From: Marsupella aquatica
Lineage: Eukaryota; Plantae; Marchantiophyta
DNA: 64,000 nucleotides
Reading direction: 5' to 3'
Assembly: GCA_973895155.1 (NCBI GenBank)
Contig: OZ316898.1
Coordinates: forward strand, 17,536,752 to 17,600,751
A program made the translations under genes and the position numbers. Below the pieces are notes generated by a model that worked only from the letters and a program-made list of their open reading frames with translations, made no database searches and was not told the origin of the DNA. Positions 25,469 to 37,500 of this stretch are shown here, piece after piece (within the stretch, counting starts at the first letter, position 1; every line of letters starts with the position of its first letter).

Positions 25469-28336
25469 TTAAGGATCAGGAGGGTTCCTGCGATTACTGG
25501 CAGTGCTCAGCGTTGCAAATAATTTCAACAAATCTGTCACTGGAAACTCAACGTTGTCTTCCCCAGAAACCCTTCCTCCGTCTTGATGCCTCCGAGAATA
25601 TTGGTAGTCAAAGGCTGCAGTTTTGGAGGTCCTCGAGATAGAAACAACAGACTCAAAATCTGACTGCTTCAATGCCCTTGGAAGGGGTCTAAAATCCTGC
25701 AAAACCGTCGATGTCAAAGCACAGCAGTTAGGTAAGACCGAGGTCCAACACAATGACTTCCTGTATTTTCCCACATAAAACTTTACAGAGAAATATTTGT
25801 CAACTACATACCTCGCCACTTGAGTAGCCTTGCTGGCTCTCATCTGCCAGTAGATCTCGAATTGGTAAGTATGCTGCTTGCTTGCACAGCTCTGTTAAGT
25901 CAGACCCACTGTAACCTTCGCACAGGCTTGCCAATTTATCAATGTCGAGATCATCTTCGACATGCTCGCCCCTGAGGACTACTCGCAATATGCTGGCCCG
26001 CTGTTTTAAATCTGGCATTGGTACCTCAAAGTGTCGTGGCAATCTTCTCAATATTGCTTCATCTAACTCCCAAGGTCTATTTGTTGCAGCAAGTACCATA
26101 ACCCGTGCATTCTCTGCTAGCAAATAATATGCTCAAAATCAGATCAGATAGTTGATAAGAACACCATCCACTTATGACCAACATGACTTGACCAGAAGCA
26201 AAAAAAACATTTCTTCGGAGAGTTCTCTATACATGGAAAAATCCACAACCACTCACGGTAGCTATTATCGTCACTGTCTCACTCATGCAAGAAATAAGCG
26301 ACACACGAAAACGGCAGGTTTTTGTGGAATCCATATAGCTATACATGTATTAATGACATTCACCAACACAGCGCTTCCAAGCTCAGAGACCCAAGAGCGA
26401 TAACTTACGGTCTGTAGTGAAACCGTCCCATAGAGCCATGAACTCCGTCTTCATATTTGTGAGAGCTTCATGTTCTGACTGTCGACGCTGTCCAAGGAAG
26501 CTGTCCACCTCATCTATGAAGATAATTGAAGGTTGAAGCTTGTAGGCGAGTGTGAACACAGCCGTCACTGTACAACCACATTACCACGAATCATAAATGA
26601 TCAACTGAAGCTGACTGAATCTACCTTGCCAATATAAATTCTATTAAGAGAACATTATAGATCTAGCAGTGCACTTGATCATGCTGAGACTCTACGATCA
26701 AGTTCCATTCTTACAGGTACGTTCACACTTATATCCAACGTCCCTTCTTCAGGTCACCAATTCGTACTACGAGTAGGTATGCCTCTGAGGAAGTAGTTGG
26801 TGATTCAACTTCGCAAGCTAATTTGGGAAAAGAAACAGGAGAGACAGCTATACACACCAAGCTTTTGGGCATCCCCAAACCATTTGCTCATCAACGTTGC
26901 AACGCGCACATTGATAAACACAGCCTGAGACTCCTTAGCGATAGCCTTGGCTAGCAGAGTCTTGCCAGTTCCAGGAGGCCCAAAAAGTAAGACTCCCTTC
27001 TGTGGTCTCAAGAGCTTTCCGTGCGCAAACAAATCTGGACGTTGAAGTGGAAGAATCACCAACTCGTGCAGAGACTGCTTCACTGATTCCAACCCGCCAA
27101 TTGAATTGAAAGTCACATCAATATCTTCTGGATTGATGACATCGCAAGCAATCATATCCTGCATTTTGTGCACATCCATCATCATTTTCAGAAACAAATT
27201 CAAAGAGAAAAGAGCTACCAGAAATCCAAATTTACTGTAGACAGATAGGTCATGATTCACAGAAACATTCATCAAGATTTGATTTCCAGGGGGCTTCACT
27301 AGCTTGTCTCAGATGGGGGCAAGCAGTAGAGCAGTTTCGGTAGGACAGATTACGCCACGTGGACCTTAACATTACAATTCCTAAATACCTGTCGACGGTG
27401 AAATTTACAATCCATATACGCCAGACCATGTACTGCAGATTCGATCACAACATCAGCGGGACTTTGACTATGCGACTCTAGTAGTTAGCTCGTCAGCCCA
27501 GCTAATAAGAAATAAGACAAAAAGGGTTCACGATCAAAGCGCTTTCAACTGAATGAGGAGGAAGAATTCCAAAAAATTCAGAATAAACGTAACCTTTGTA
27601 CGAGATCTGAACATCAACCTTAGCAAGTCGAACGACGGAACTCGACTCAGGTTCTATCTCAAGTTCTGGAAATCACATTCTGAGAAAAGGGATTCAAAGG
27701 GCAAGGATCTCCTCCACGGTCGAAGCGGCGACTTATTCTGTTATCTCTCCAGAGACAGATGTCCCTACATCGGGCCGTAGCAGCATGTGGTTTGGTATTG
27801 TAGACCCTACTGAGCGGAGTTCTGAACGACGTTTTTGAACGGAACCCTAAATTTACAAAGAATGGCACGTTTCTCTGAAAAGGGAGAGTTTTCAGAGTGA
27901 CGCCCAACAACAGAGACCAATTGGACAGTCGTCCACTACTGTCGAACAAGTGGAGGCTGTTCTCCGTGCCTAATTCAACTCTTAAACTCTGCAGCAGAAA
28001 TGGGACCATGGAGGCAGAAGACTGAAGCCAAATGTGAGAGGGAACTGTTCGCCACTCTGGACAGGCAGCGGCCTCATGATTACAATGATGGTATGATATG
28101 GACGAAGGAAGAAAGGGAGGGAGGAAATTCTCTACCTCATAAGAGTTCGTCTGAATGAAAGGACGGCCAAGCCGTTTGGAAATCTCCTTCTTACGCTCCG
28201 CTGCCTTTTTCGCCTGAGACCGATTTGGATCAAGGTGGCGTAATCCAACAAAGAGGACCAGACAGCTGAGAGCCGCACTCACCGCGTACACAACGAGCTC
28301 CTGTCCTACCGAAACTGCTCTACTGCTTGCCCCCAT
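25469..28336 (-). CDS. MSP1/ATAD1-like AAA+ ATPase (membrane protein extractase); exons 28336-28136, 27158-26858, 26567-26409, 26113-25812, 25696-25469; ~396 aa
   Basis: N-terminal TM segment followed by LDPN..AKK; Walker A GPPGTGKT; pore loop KWFGDAQKL; Walker B IIFIDEVD; SRH ATNRPWELDEAILRR; GYSGSDL. Confidence 0.92.
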
Positions 28337-28352
28337 CTAAAACCCCTTCCTC

Positions 28353-28376
28353 GCCTGCCTGCCTGCCTGCCTGCCT
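28353..28376. repeat. (GCCT)6 microsatellite in the 5' leader of the MSP1/ATAD1 gene
   Basis: GCCTGCCTGCCTGCCTGCCTGCCT lies ~17 bp upstream of the ATG on the minus strand. Confidence 0.9.
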
Positions 28377-30646
28377 GTGTTCGCCGCCCGCTCCTTTCCT
28401 CCCTCACGGTCCAAAGTTCACCAAATCAACACACCCTCCGTCCGTCACAATTCCCAACACCAGCAGCAACTGCGAATCTGCGGCTTCCTCATGATCCCGT
28501 CACCTCACCAGCCCTTCAATCCGTCTGCTCAAGTGAGAAGCAAAATAGCACCACCACCTCAACCTGCTCAACTCGCCTTCCTAGAAAAATTCACACGAAT
28601 CGTAAAATCCCTCGCAGCCTTCGTCTTCGAGCGGTCCGAAATTCTTGCTACGAGCGCAGCAGACATACCCGCAATGCGTCCGTCCTCCGCTGCCACAATC
28701 ATCACAATCGCAGACCACACCCGTCGACTCCGATGGGTTGTCCAAAGAGCGGACAAACGAACACCGAAACAAAGAGCGACATCAGATCGGTGGAATCCGA
28801 TTTCTTCGTAAGAAAGACAACTCGTGTAACCCTAATACCGTAGTGACAATAATGAATCAGGTTAGCTAAAACAAAAAACCCGTTTAAAGTAGCCTATCAT
28901 TTATCATCACAATTTTTATTTTTATTTTTTGAGGAGAAATATGTGAAACCCCACAAAACGGGAATAGTAAGCCACAACATTTGGAAAGTCTTTAACTCAA
29001 GTGAGGTACCAGAGAGCCATACCTCTCTACGGTCATCATCACAAAATTAGAAGGGGTAAATTACTATGTAATTCTATCAAAGAGCCAAAAAGCAAGAGGC
29101 TGCCTAAGAGGGAACCATGATCACACATGCAAAAGATCCAATCAAAGGGAGAAAAGCCAAGGAGAGAAATGTTAGTCATTTACTTTTAGGTGTAGAGTTA
29201 CAACTCTAATGGTAATTAATGTTAACTTTAGTCGCATACTTGGTTATGTTAGGTCTGTTGCACAATACATGTTCAATGAGTGTTTGCAGAACTCAGGCTT
29301 ATTATTATAAAGTCTATTAGATATAAAGAGAACTTGTATTGAAAAGACTCTTGTATGGCTAATGGGCCTAGAGTGTAATAAAGCTTTTGTTTTCATGGAT
29401 GTAGATTCAATTGAAGTCAATCATGTATCTGTGTGTGTCAACTCTAGCAACCATCTCCACTACTCTAACTCAATTAAGGGTCTAAGGGCAAGATACACTT
29501 GGACCTCAACTCCTGCAAGGCTACCAAAGAGCTATCTACAATCCCAACTACAATGCTATCTACAGAAAACCCCACCCAAAAGTGAGCTAATTCCGCTTTT
29601 GACACTTGGAGGGAAAATCAGTAGATGGATGCGGAACTAAGGCAGTGGACAGTCCAAAGACTATAAATTAATTTCCAGGGACCGGTATTCTAGCTGAATC
29701 TATCTATTTTGAGAGTAAGAGTAGGCTCAAGCACACTGAATAAATCTATTTGTGAGTACGCTCAGGCATGCACGCTAGTGTTGGATACTTTAATTGAGCT
29801 TCCTTATTAGGATCACCAGTTATGTTAGCTTGTGCTACTACCGTCTGGCACGGGTCCCAGTAATTGCACATCAAAATATGACATATACTAATGTAATCTG
29901 TTGGGAAAAATCATCGTCCAGGATCGACACTAGAGTCACATCAACAATGCGCATGCCAACAACTCATGCACATTCACCATGAGACTACACAGCATATAAG
30001 TGGTTCACCCGGATGGGCTACGTTCACTGTTGTCGAGGAAATCATTAATGATCAAATCATACATGGTCCACCATAGCCTTCTCCGCAGAGCTCTAAGGCG
30101 TGTCTCCTCTCTAGGTCTTTCACCAATACTCTCTAAGATATTATACCCACTCAATTCTTTAAATCAATTAGTGCATACCATATATTATCACATTTTGATG
30201 TATGATTACCAGGAGACCCCTCCATACCATCATAAAACTCCTTAGTTTTTTTAAATTAATGTGCACACCCTATATTACCATATTTTGATGTGTGATTACA
30301 AGTGATAAACCTTATTATTTTCCTTAATCACTGAGTCAAAACCATATATTATGGTCACATTATGATGTGTGATTACGAGTCGTGCACACATTATGTTAAC
30401 ACAGGGGTGTTGCACCTAGAGTCAAGAGACCGTCACCAATAGGGGGCTGACTTGGACTGGGATTGCTCGTTCGTTCCATGGAACCAGGTCCGCTCGCCAT
30501 TTGCCATCGAGCCTGCCTTCCTTGCTCGCAATTGGGTCTTCTCGTGCACAACCCACTACAGTAGTCGATCTCGAGCTCCATCGTCGCGAAGGTCAGCCGG
30601 CGAAGAACGCATCTCTCCCTTCTCGAAGCGCAAGTGAAGAGCAACA

Positions 30647-33530
30647 ATGGCCGCTGGTGAGACACAATTGTCATGCTAACCGCTGAAGTTTCTTGGATTC
30701 GTCGGAATTGATTTAAAATCTGTACGCCACTTGATTTGGTTCGGTTTCGTTCACTTGGATTCGGTTTGGTTTGGTTTGGTTGGGTTGTGGTCGCTTGGTC
30801 GAGGAGCTATTTCTATCTCCAATGAAAAGACGATGACGGTAAAGGACGGACCGAAATCATCCGTGGAAATGAGTGTGGCTCCTCGTTGTCTGGAGTTCTT
30901 TCGAGACTGCAATTTTGTGGTTTTTCCCCTTGCCTGCATTGCATTCCAGGACTGCATTCTTGTTGGATAGGGTTTTTTTTTTGTTGTTGGTTTGGTTCGG
31001 TTCGGGCGAGCAGAAGCCACTGCTGGAATGTCTTGTCTTTGCGTTCAATGGTGTCCCACCCCCAGCCTCCCCTCTTTCGTCCAACCCCAACCCTTAACTT
31101 GGCCCCCAACCCCCCTGGGTGGCCGTTAGCGTCTCCACGATTATGATTTTATTGAAGATCACTGTAGGATGTCTTTATTCACATCTGAATCCATGATCTG
31201 CCTGCACCGCTCTCCAGGAGTAAGTTGGCTATGAACGCTATTTTAGCTTCACCTGCTCTCTCGATTGCGAATCCATTGTGAACTCATTCAGTTCAAGTTC
31301 TCCATTCTACCTGACCTTTGTCTATATTTCATACCCACAAAATGGCAGCTGAGATAGTAGTATCTTATGAAGAGTATGAGTTGAAGTAGAATAAGTACAT
31401 TTGCTCTGCCCGTTTTGTTGGCCTCTCGCCGCTCAGATGCTGCAATTCAGTCAGTCATTGTGCATTCACAGTACCTGGTAAATTGCATTACGAGGCTCTA
31501 GAGTTCTCCCTCTGGTAGAAGGGTTGAACATTGGGACTTATCAGTCTATGTTGCATTGGGAGCACACATTTGCGATCTCAGTAATGGACCTCCTCAGGAT
31601 GGTGGCTTAGAAAATCCCTGCTTTCCTGTGTCCTAGTATCGAAATTTGTAGTTCGTTCCGGCAGCAGTGAGGTTTAAAGCATAGGTCAGTGCGATAATCT
31701 TGGTGTAAAGGCTTGGATTATATGTGACTTGTGCTTCCAGGTAAGCAAGCATTTGTTGGATTGGGGATTATTTTGGAAGTACGTAAGTCTAATACATTCT
31801 TCGTGATTGTTGTCAGCACGGAGCCATCTGTCGAGTACTGCAAACTCGGCACTGTACTCGTTTCTGCTTTTCATCATCACTCTGTCCTTGCAACAAGTTT
31901 ACAAGGAGAAACTTGCCTCATCTGAGGTGTACACCATCCTGGGTGGATTCGTGGCGTCTCTTCTTTTCATTCTAGTCCTGACGGTGCATACCTCAAACAC
32001 CATTGTTATTGTTTTCTCTCTCGTATTTACTTGAACATAATGAATGCTCTTCGCATTTTGGAATCTTTCCAATGTCTTTTATTAATGTGAAGGTCTAGAA
32101 CTTGCTCTAATGTTTGGTGGTTTGTTCTTTCGTGCAGTTTGTTGGCAACATTCAGGAGTCATTGGGCACAAGGACTGGCTGGGGTGCTGGTAAGCTCTTG
32201 CAAGGAAAACCGTTACAATATGGAAATTAAAAAGTCTTTGCAACGACTATACATTTATAATGCATAATCTCGTATGACCAGGTGGCCTGTCTTAACGGTA
32301 CTGTGCATCCTATGTGGCCGGAGTAGTGTATTGCCAAGCTGCCTAACGAGCACTATTGTAGTTTTCTCCTTCCTTGCAGAATGACCTCTCGATTTCCTAA
32401 ATTTGAGCAAAATGATTGTGTGGAATTGCAACGTTGTAGTGCAAATTTAACGACCATTCGCTTTCTTGCGTTTACCAATGTGCAACTTTCTCAGTTCAAA
32501 CGAGTTTAGCCAAGGTGGAACAATTTATGGAATAGTCGGATTCATGTTTAGTAGCAGGACAGGTATTCGTGGGGCAGGGGTAATATTTTAAGGGCCGTAA
32601 ATTGGGCAGCTATAGAAATTCATGACAGAAACCTGTAAATTCTGGTTCATACCCTGCGCTCCATATTATTTTGAGGTCCGCGAGACGAGTTGAGTCCTCT
32701 TCATTACATGGCCTCATTTTTCAATCAGTATGTGTATCTGATTTGGTCTGTAAGCTTCCAAGAAGATGTTCCCAATCATCGATGAGTTGATGACTACCTG
32801 CTCTTCTTAGCATCACATCATGACAAGGATGTTGTTGACCTGCAGTGATTTTTGCCGAGCTGGTCGCGGCAACAGCAGCTGGTGCCGTGCACAGAGTGTG
32901 TGTAACAACCTGGTAAGTCATTTCTTGCTGGCATCCCTTTCGCCTTGTGCCTGGGAAAAGTTTGAAGGATTCGTTTGCTTCAATAAACTAGGAATTGTCC
33001 GACATGAACTTCGGACAGCAACCTTGGCTTTTTCGACTGCCAAATATGAACCATGACGATAGAGTTAATTGTGTCGATTGGATTAACATGATGAGTTGTG
33101 CCTAGACGACGTGCATCTGCATTCTGCACCATGCAACAAACCCTTTCCATTCTATCAATGCTAATATCTGTCCCAGCTGAGTAAATGATAGCGGGTCTGT
33201 TGTGAACTAGAAAATTTCAATTCATCCTAAGGAGTACATCAAGTAAGTGTAGCCAGTGTACGTTTTGTGGGTATGGAGAATTGCTCAAAGTTCTGTGTCA
33301 AATGGCTGATACTTTGGGGTTGCCTGGTAGCATCTTTGGTCAATTTTTTGGTAGCATCAAGGATCATCTGTATGTAAGCTGGTTTGGAATTCTGTCAACT
33401 TACTATGCACGCTTTTTTATTCTTCTTAATGTGCAGTGTCATCTTTTCTGTTGGATTATTGTATGAGCTGAACAAGCTATCAAGTATTGCACACCAGCAA
33501 CCGGAGGCAATAAAGAAGAAAGCATATTAG
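30647..33530 (+). CDS. KRTCAP2: Keratinocyte-associated protein 2 / oligosaccharyltransferase subunit KCP2; exons 30647-30656, 31817-31983, 32138-32189, 32846-32912, 33437-33530; ~129 aa
   Basis: Spliced product MAAARSHLSSTANSALYSFLLFIITLSLQQVYKEKLASSEVYTILGGFVASLLFILVLTFVGNIQESLGTRTGWGAVIFAELVAATAAGAVHRVCVTTCVIFSVGLLYELNKLS... carries the KCP2 motifs LASSE..TILGG and VHRVC.TTC. The first exon is inferred from ACAATGG context and a phase-1 GTGAGA donor. Confidence 0.88.
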
Positions 33531-34131
33531 CAGAGTCAATGTCTTGTCATCCTTCTTCTTGGCAAAGTTTTCAATTGTCTCGCTCGGCATTCTACAATAG
33601 AGTAAAAGAGGATGGTCTGTCACTCTCTGAGAGTTATTAGGAAGATTAGTAGAGGGGGGCAATCCCTACTTTAGTTACTGCAAAGTGGCAGGCGACTTCT
33701 TTTTGATGAGTTACACGTTGCCCTTGCCATGGGATCACACTGTCAGATGTACAAGACAGCGTGCATGACGCTTGGGAAGGATAAAGACCCAAGCAGGTGG
33801 ATTGGAACATAACATACAGATTTTAAACATAGGCTTGAGGGCTGACAATCTCTGGTTTTTATTCCCTAAGTGTAACATAGCATGAGATGTAGGTGTTGCT
33901 CGATTGGTACATTGCAATCTGGTGCATTTGATCCCTTGACGTTCCACTTGCTCCAAGGACTTGCGCAAATTGATTATCTCCTTCCTGCATACCTTGTGCC
34001 GTGGACGACGATCAATTTGCCAGCCGAGAAAATTGATGCAAATTTATAGTAAGAATAGTGTCATCTTTCATCAGCAGATTGCTCAGCTCAAGGGCAAGGA
34101 AGCTACTATACCTAGAGATAGATTGTAATTA

Positions 34132-34299
34132 TAGCCCTCCAAAACCCACTTTGACGGGGTCAATTCAGTCTCGTTGCTACGGGGGAGGCTTCGACGGTCG
34201 AAACAGGCATACCACTCGATGATGATCTCGATGTGGCTCACGAAGTACGCCTTTCCGCCAAGGTATAAGGTTCATTTGACCTCACGTTTGGAGATGCTC
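34132..34299. mobile_element. Possible degenerate Tourist-like MITE
   Basis: The right end TTGGAGATGCTC|TAA resembles a Tourist/Harbinger TIR plus TWA target. The left end TTA|TAGCCCTCCAAA is only a partial match. Confidence 0.3.
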
Positions 34300-34583
34300 T
34301 AAGAGGGAAACAAGAATCTAAGAGGGAAAAAAAAACAGAAGAGCCGTCTTGTCAGTGAAGACATGCTTGTTCACAAAAGTCACTAGTGCAAAGGGCCGAA
34401 TTCTTGAGGGCTGTCCATATGGGAGTTAGCCATAAGATTTGGATATCTCTTGAATCACAGACAGGGTCATCAAAAACTTAGAAGAGCCACTGACAAGATC
34501 CTCGGCTTTACTCGTCTGTTCAGGACGAAGTGCCTAAATTACTCACGAACGTCACTGGACATTAGTTTCATCATGACTCATAC

Positions 34584-37500
34584 CTATGGTCTGTTGTGCT
34601 TGAAGGATACAAATGCCATGAAGGCCAAAGTCGCGAATAGAGCCGCCATTCCAGACAATGCAGCAAAATCTAGAGGAACCCTGGAATGGTCGATATCCCG
34701 ATTAGTTTCCAAGACGGTCCAGGAGAAGGTGAATCCCAGATCCTTCAGCTGGTCACAACTGCAAGCAGGACAGGGTTGGCCTAGTTTCTGTCCACATGCC
34801 AGGCACTGGGGCCTGGAAACATCACAGTAAAATCCCACGGCAGTGAGGGTGTTCATGACGTACTGGAAAGGATCTGCCCAAAACGTCCATATCCATGGTT
34901 TTCGAAAAATTGGTAGAGTTATCACCACCCCAGACGCCGTAATCCAGAGAGATATGCAGATGGAAACGATGAACGAGGCCAGCATTGGAACAGGAGTGGC
35001 GATGGTGATCAGCATGGCAAAGTAGGCCATGGCAACAGTGAAGACAAATAGACTTAGCCAGTACCTTACGAAGGTACTCGCAGAATCTGTACCAATGCCT
35101 GCCAGTCCATTACCGATAGCCACAAAGATGAGTGTTGTCAGGAGAATGTAGGGGACTTCGGCTATGGCCCAGGATATAGGGTAGAGAATGGGGTGATACA
35201 TACTAGCTCTCCTTTCTCTGAAATAAGCCAACCTGTCGGTGCCAAGCTGAGGGACAACATTGTTGGCAGTGACAATGCCAATGAGTAAGACTTGGGCGTA
35301 AATGAACAGAGTTCTAGATGTAAGAGAGAGGGTAGTATCATTTGATGTTCCCACGTACACCAATCCCATCATCAAACCCAGGGCAATAGCACTTACGATG
35401 CGCCCGAATGTGTAGCCCACATTTCTCCACAAGAACTTTTGGGTCCTGAGGAAGACCATGATGGCCTGCATATAGAAAGAGGCTGGATATCTAGATGTTG
35501 AATCGAAGTACGCTCTCTTGCTGGGTTTTCTTAGCAGCGTGAGCTCCTCATTGTTCAGGCTTGCGAGTGAACTCTGTCCGTAGACCTCTGCGAAGTCATA
35601 CATGGGATCCCTGGTATTAATCCCACATCCAAGAATATCAAATACATGGGTGACAGGATTTTTCGTCATGTCATACTGTGGCACTCCGGGGATCGACCCA
35701 AAGTACTCCAGGAGGTGGCTGCAATTAGTTCCCACCGGCCCGAAGTAAACCTGCTGACCTCCAGGGGAGAGCAAGATTACTTTTTGGAAAGCACTCAACA
35801 TCCTTGAACTCGGGTGTTGGATTGTGGTGATGATTGTTCGTCCGGAGGCTGCTATGGTCTGCATAGCATGAATGATGTTCCTTGCACCCAGCCCATCAAG
35901 CCCTGAAGTCGGCTCATCCAAAAAGAGAATGCTAGGATTAGCAGCGATCTCCACAGCTATAGTAATCTTCTTGGCGATCTCAAATATTTTCCCTGTTGCG
36001 TCACGTAGAGATCCCACCAGCTGATCAGCTACGTCCGTAAGCTCCAGAAGGTCCAAGATGAGGTCAATGTGTAACAATCTGTCCTCCTTGTGAAGTTCCC
36101 TTGGAAGGCGAAGAGCAGCACTGAACATGAGCGACTCTCGGACGGTGAGGAAGGGTTGATGGGCATCCAGCCTTTCAACAAATCCTCGAGTTCTTGAGAA
36201 GGTAGCTGAGTCTAGCTTGTATCCATTAACTAGGATTTCCCCGATCAATCGCCCATTCTGCAGTCCTCGATTGGCAAGACATTTAAGGAGTGTCGTCGTT
36301 CCGGATTTATTGCCTCCCATGAGCGCCAGCATTTTCCCTGGTTTGGCATGTCCTGAGACCTTGCCAAGCCTTTGCCTCACCTGTTTGGTCTTTGGATCTC
36401 TGACCCAAAGGCTGATATAGAAGGAGATAGTGGCAGGCGTCACAGGGAGGTTCGAGGAGGTCCAGCTCAAAAAGTTCTCACATGATTCTAATTCCGGCAC
36501 AGCGCTGTCGAGAGACTCGTTGTCAAACTCCGTCATGGTCCGCAAACTTCTCACCTGAGCACCTCGGACAGCAGACTTCTCGAGCCTGTAAAGTTCCTCT
36601 GTAAGATCTACATCTCCCTGTACAATAAAGCCAGACCAAGAGATATTACTGCGTGTGTCATGCCTTGCATCGATCTCAGGAGATTTTGGCATCGCCAGCT
36701 GTACGTTTCTTTTGGTTTGGCTGGGCAACGACGGGGTCACAGAGCTATGCTCAATCTTCATGTACACTACATAGGCGACCAAGAGCATGAAGATGGTGCA
36801 TCCCCCGAGGAAAGCTATGGCGATCCAGTACCACCGTTGTCTAGCCATGAGCTCATAGTGGTCCTGAAAAGCAAAGCCCACCGTCCGTCCTGGATACTGT
36901 TGGCAGAAGAAAATTTCCAGTAGGTGTTGAGAACAGGGGTCCTTATAGAGACGTTCATACTGGTTGGCACAGAAAGCAACATTGGCCCAACGCAGAGGGT
37001 TAATTTGCGCGACCCATCTCCAGTATTTGGGCATGTTAGATGGGTAGATTATGAAGCCTGAGAAGAGGATGAAGAGAGCGACCAGCAATCCTGTACACAT
37101 TAAAGCGAACCGACATTTACAAAGGTTTTTAGTCACTAGTGGTCATCGTTTTCCCCATATTGAGCTCATCGAGGTTCAATCCATGGCGTTAAATTGAGGA
37201 CTGCAGAAAATATCATTGAAAACTAAGCAAAAACCGCTTCGATTGCAGTCATGGTTATCGGATTGTTCAGAAACAGAAGCTATTCCTCCGTCTCTAATTG
37301 AAAAACCAACCACATCCTAAATCGAAATTGATCTACTAAACTGTTTCATAAAATAAAGAAAATGATGGAAGGAAAGTCTAGTTTCATAATAGTGGTCAAA
37401 GCTCATGACAGATTCGCAGTTTCCAATTTAATGGCGTGAAAGGTAAGTTCGAATGATGCAAGTTTGTTACCTACTAAAGCATTTGCTTGTTCTAGAAGGG

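Noticed and set aside
27659-28135. 225-aa ORF extension of MSP1/ATAD1 exon 1
   Set aside because: This is read-through into intron 1; homology resumes at 27158 after a GT-AG intron.
29780-30030. GTGGTTCACCC...GGGCTACGTTCAC motif reminiscent of Copia LTR interiors
   Set aside because: No boundaries, PBS/PPT or TSD could be defined.
31807-31830. Apparent non-AUG (CTG/TTG) start for KCP2
   Set aside because: An upstream 10-nt coding exon (ACA-ATGGCCGCTG|GTGAGA, 30647-30656) supplies an in-phase ATG.
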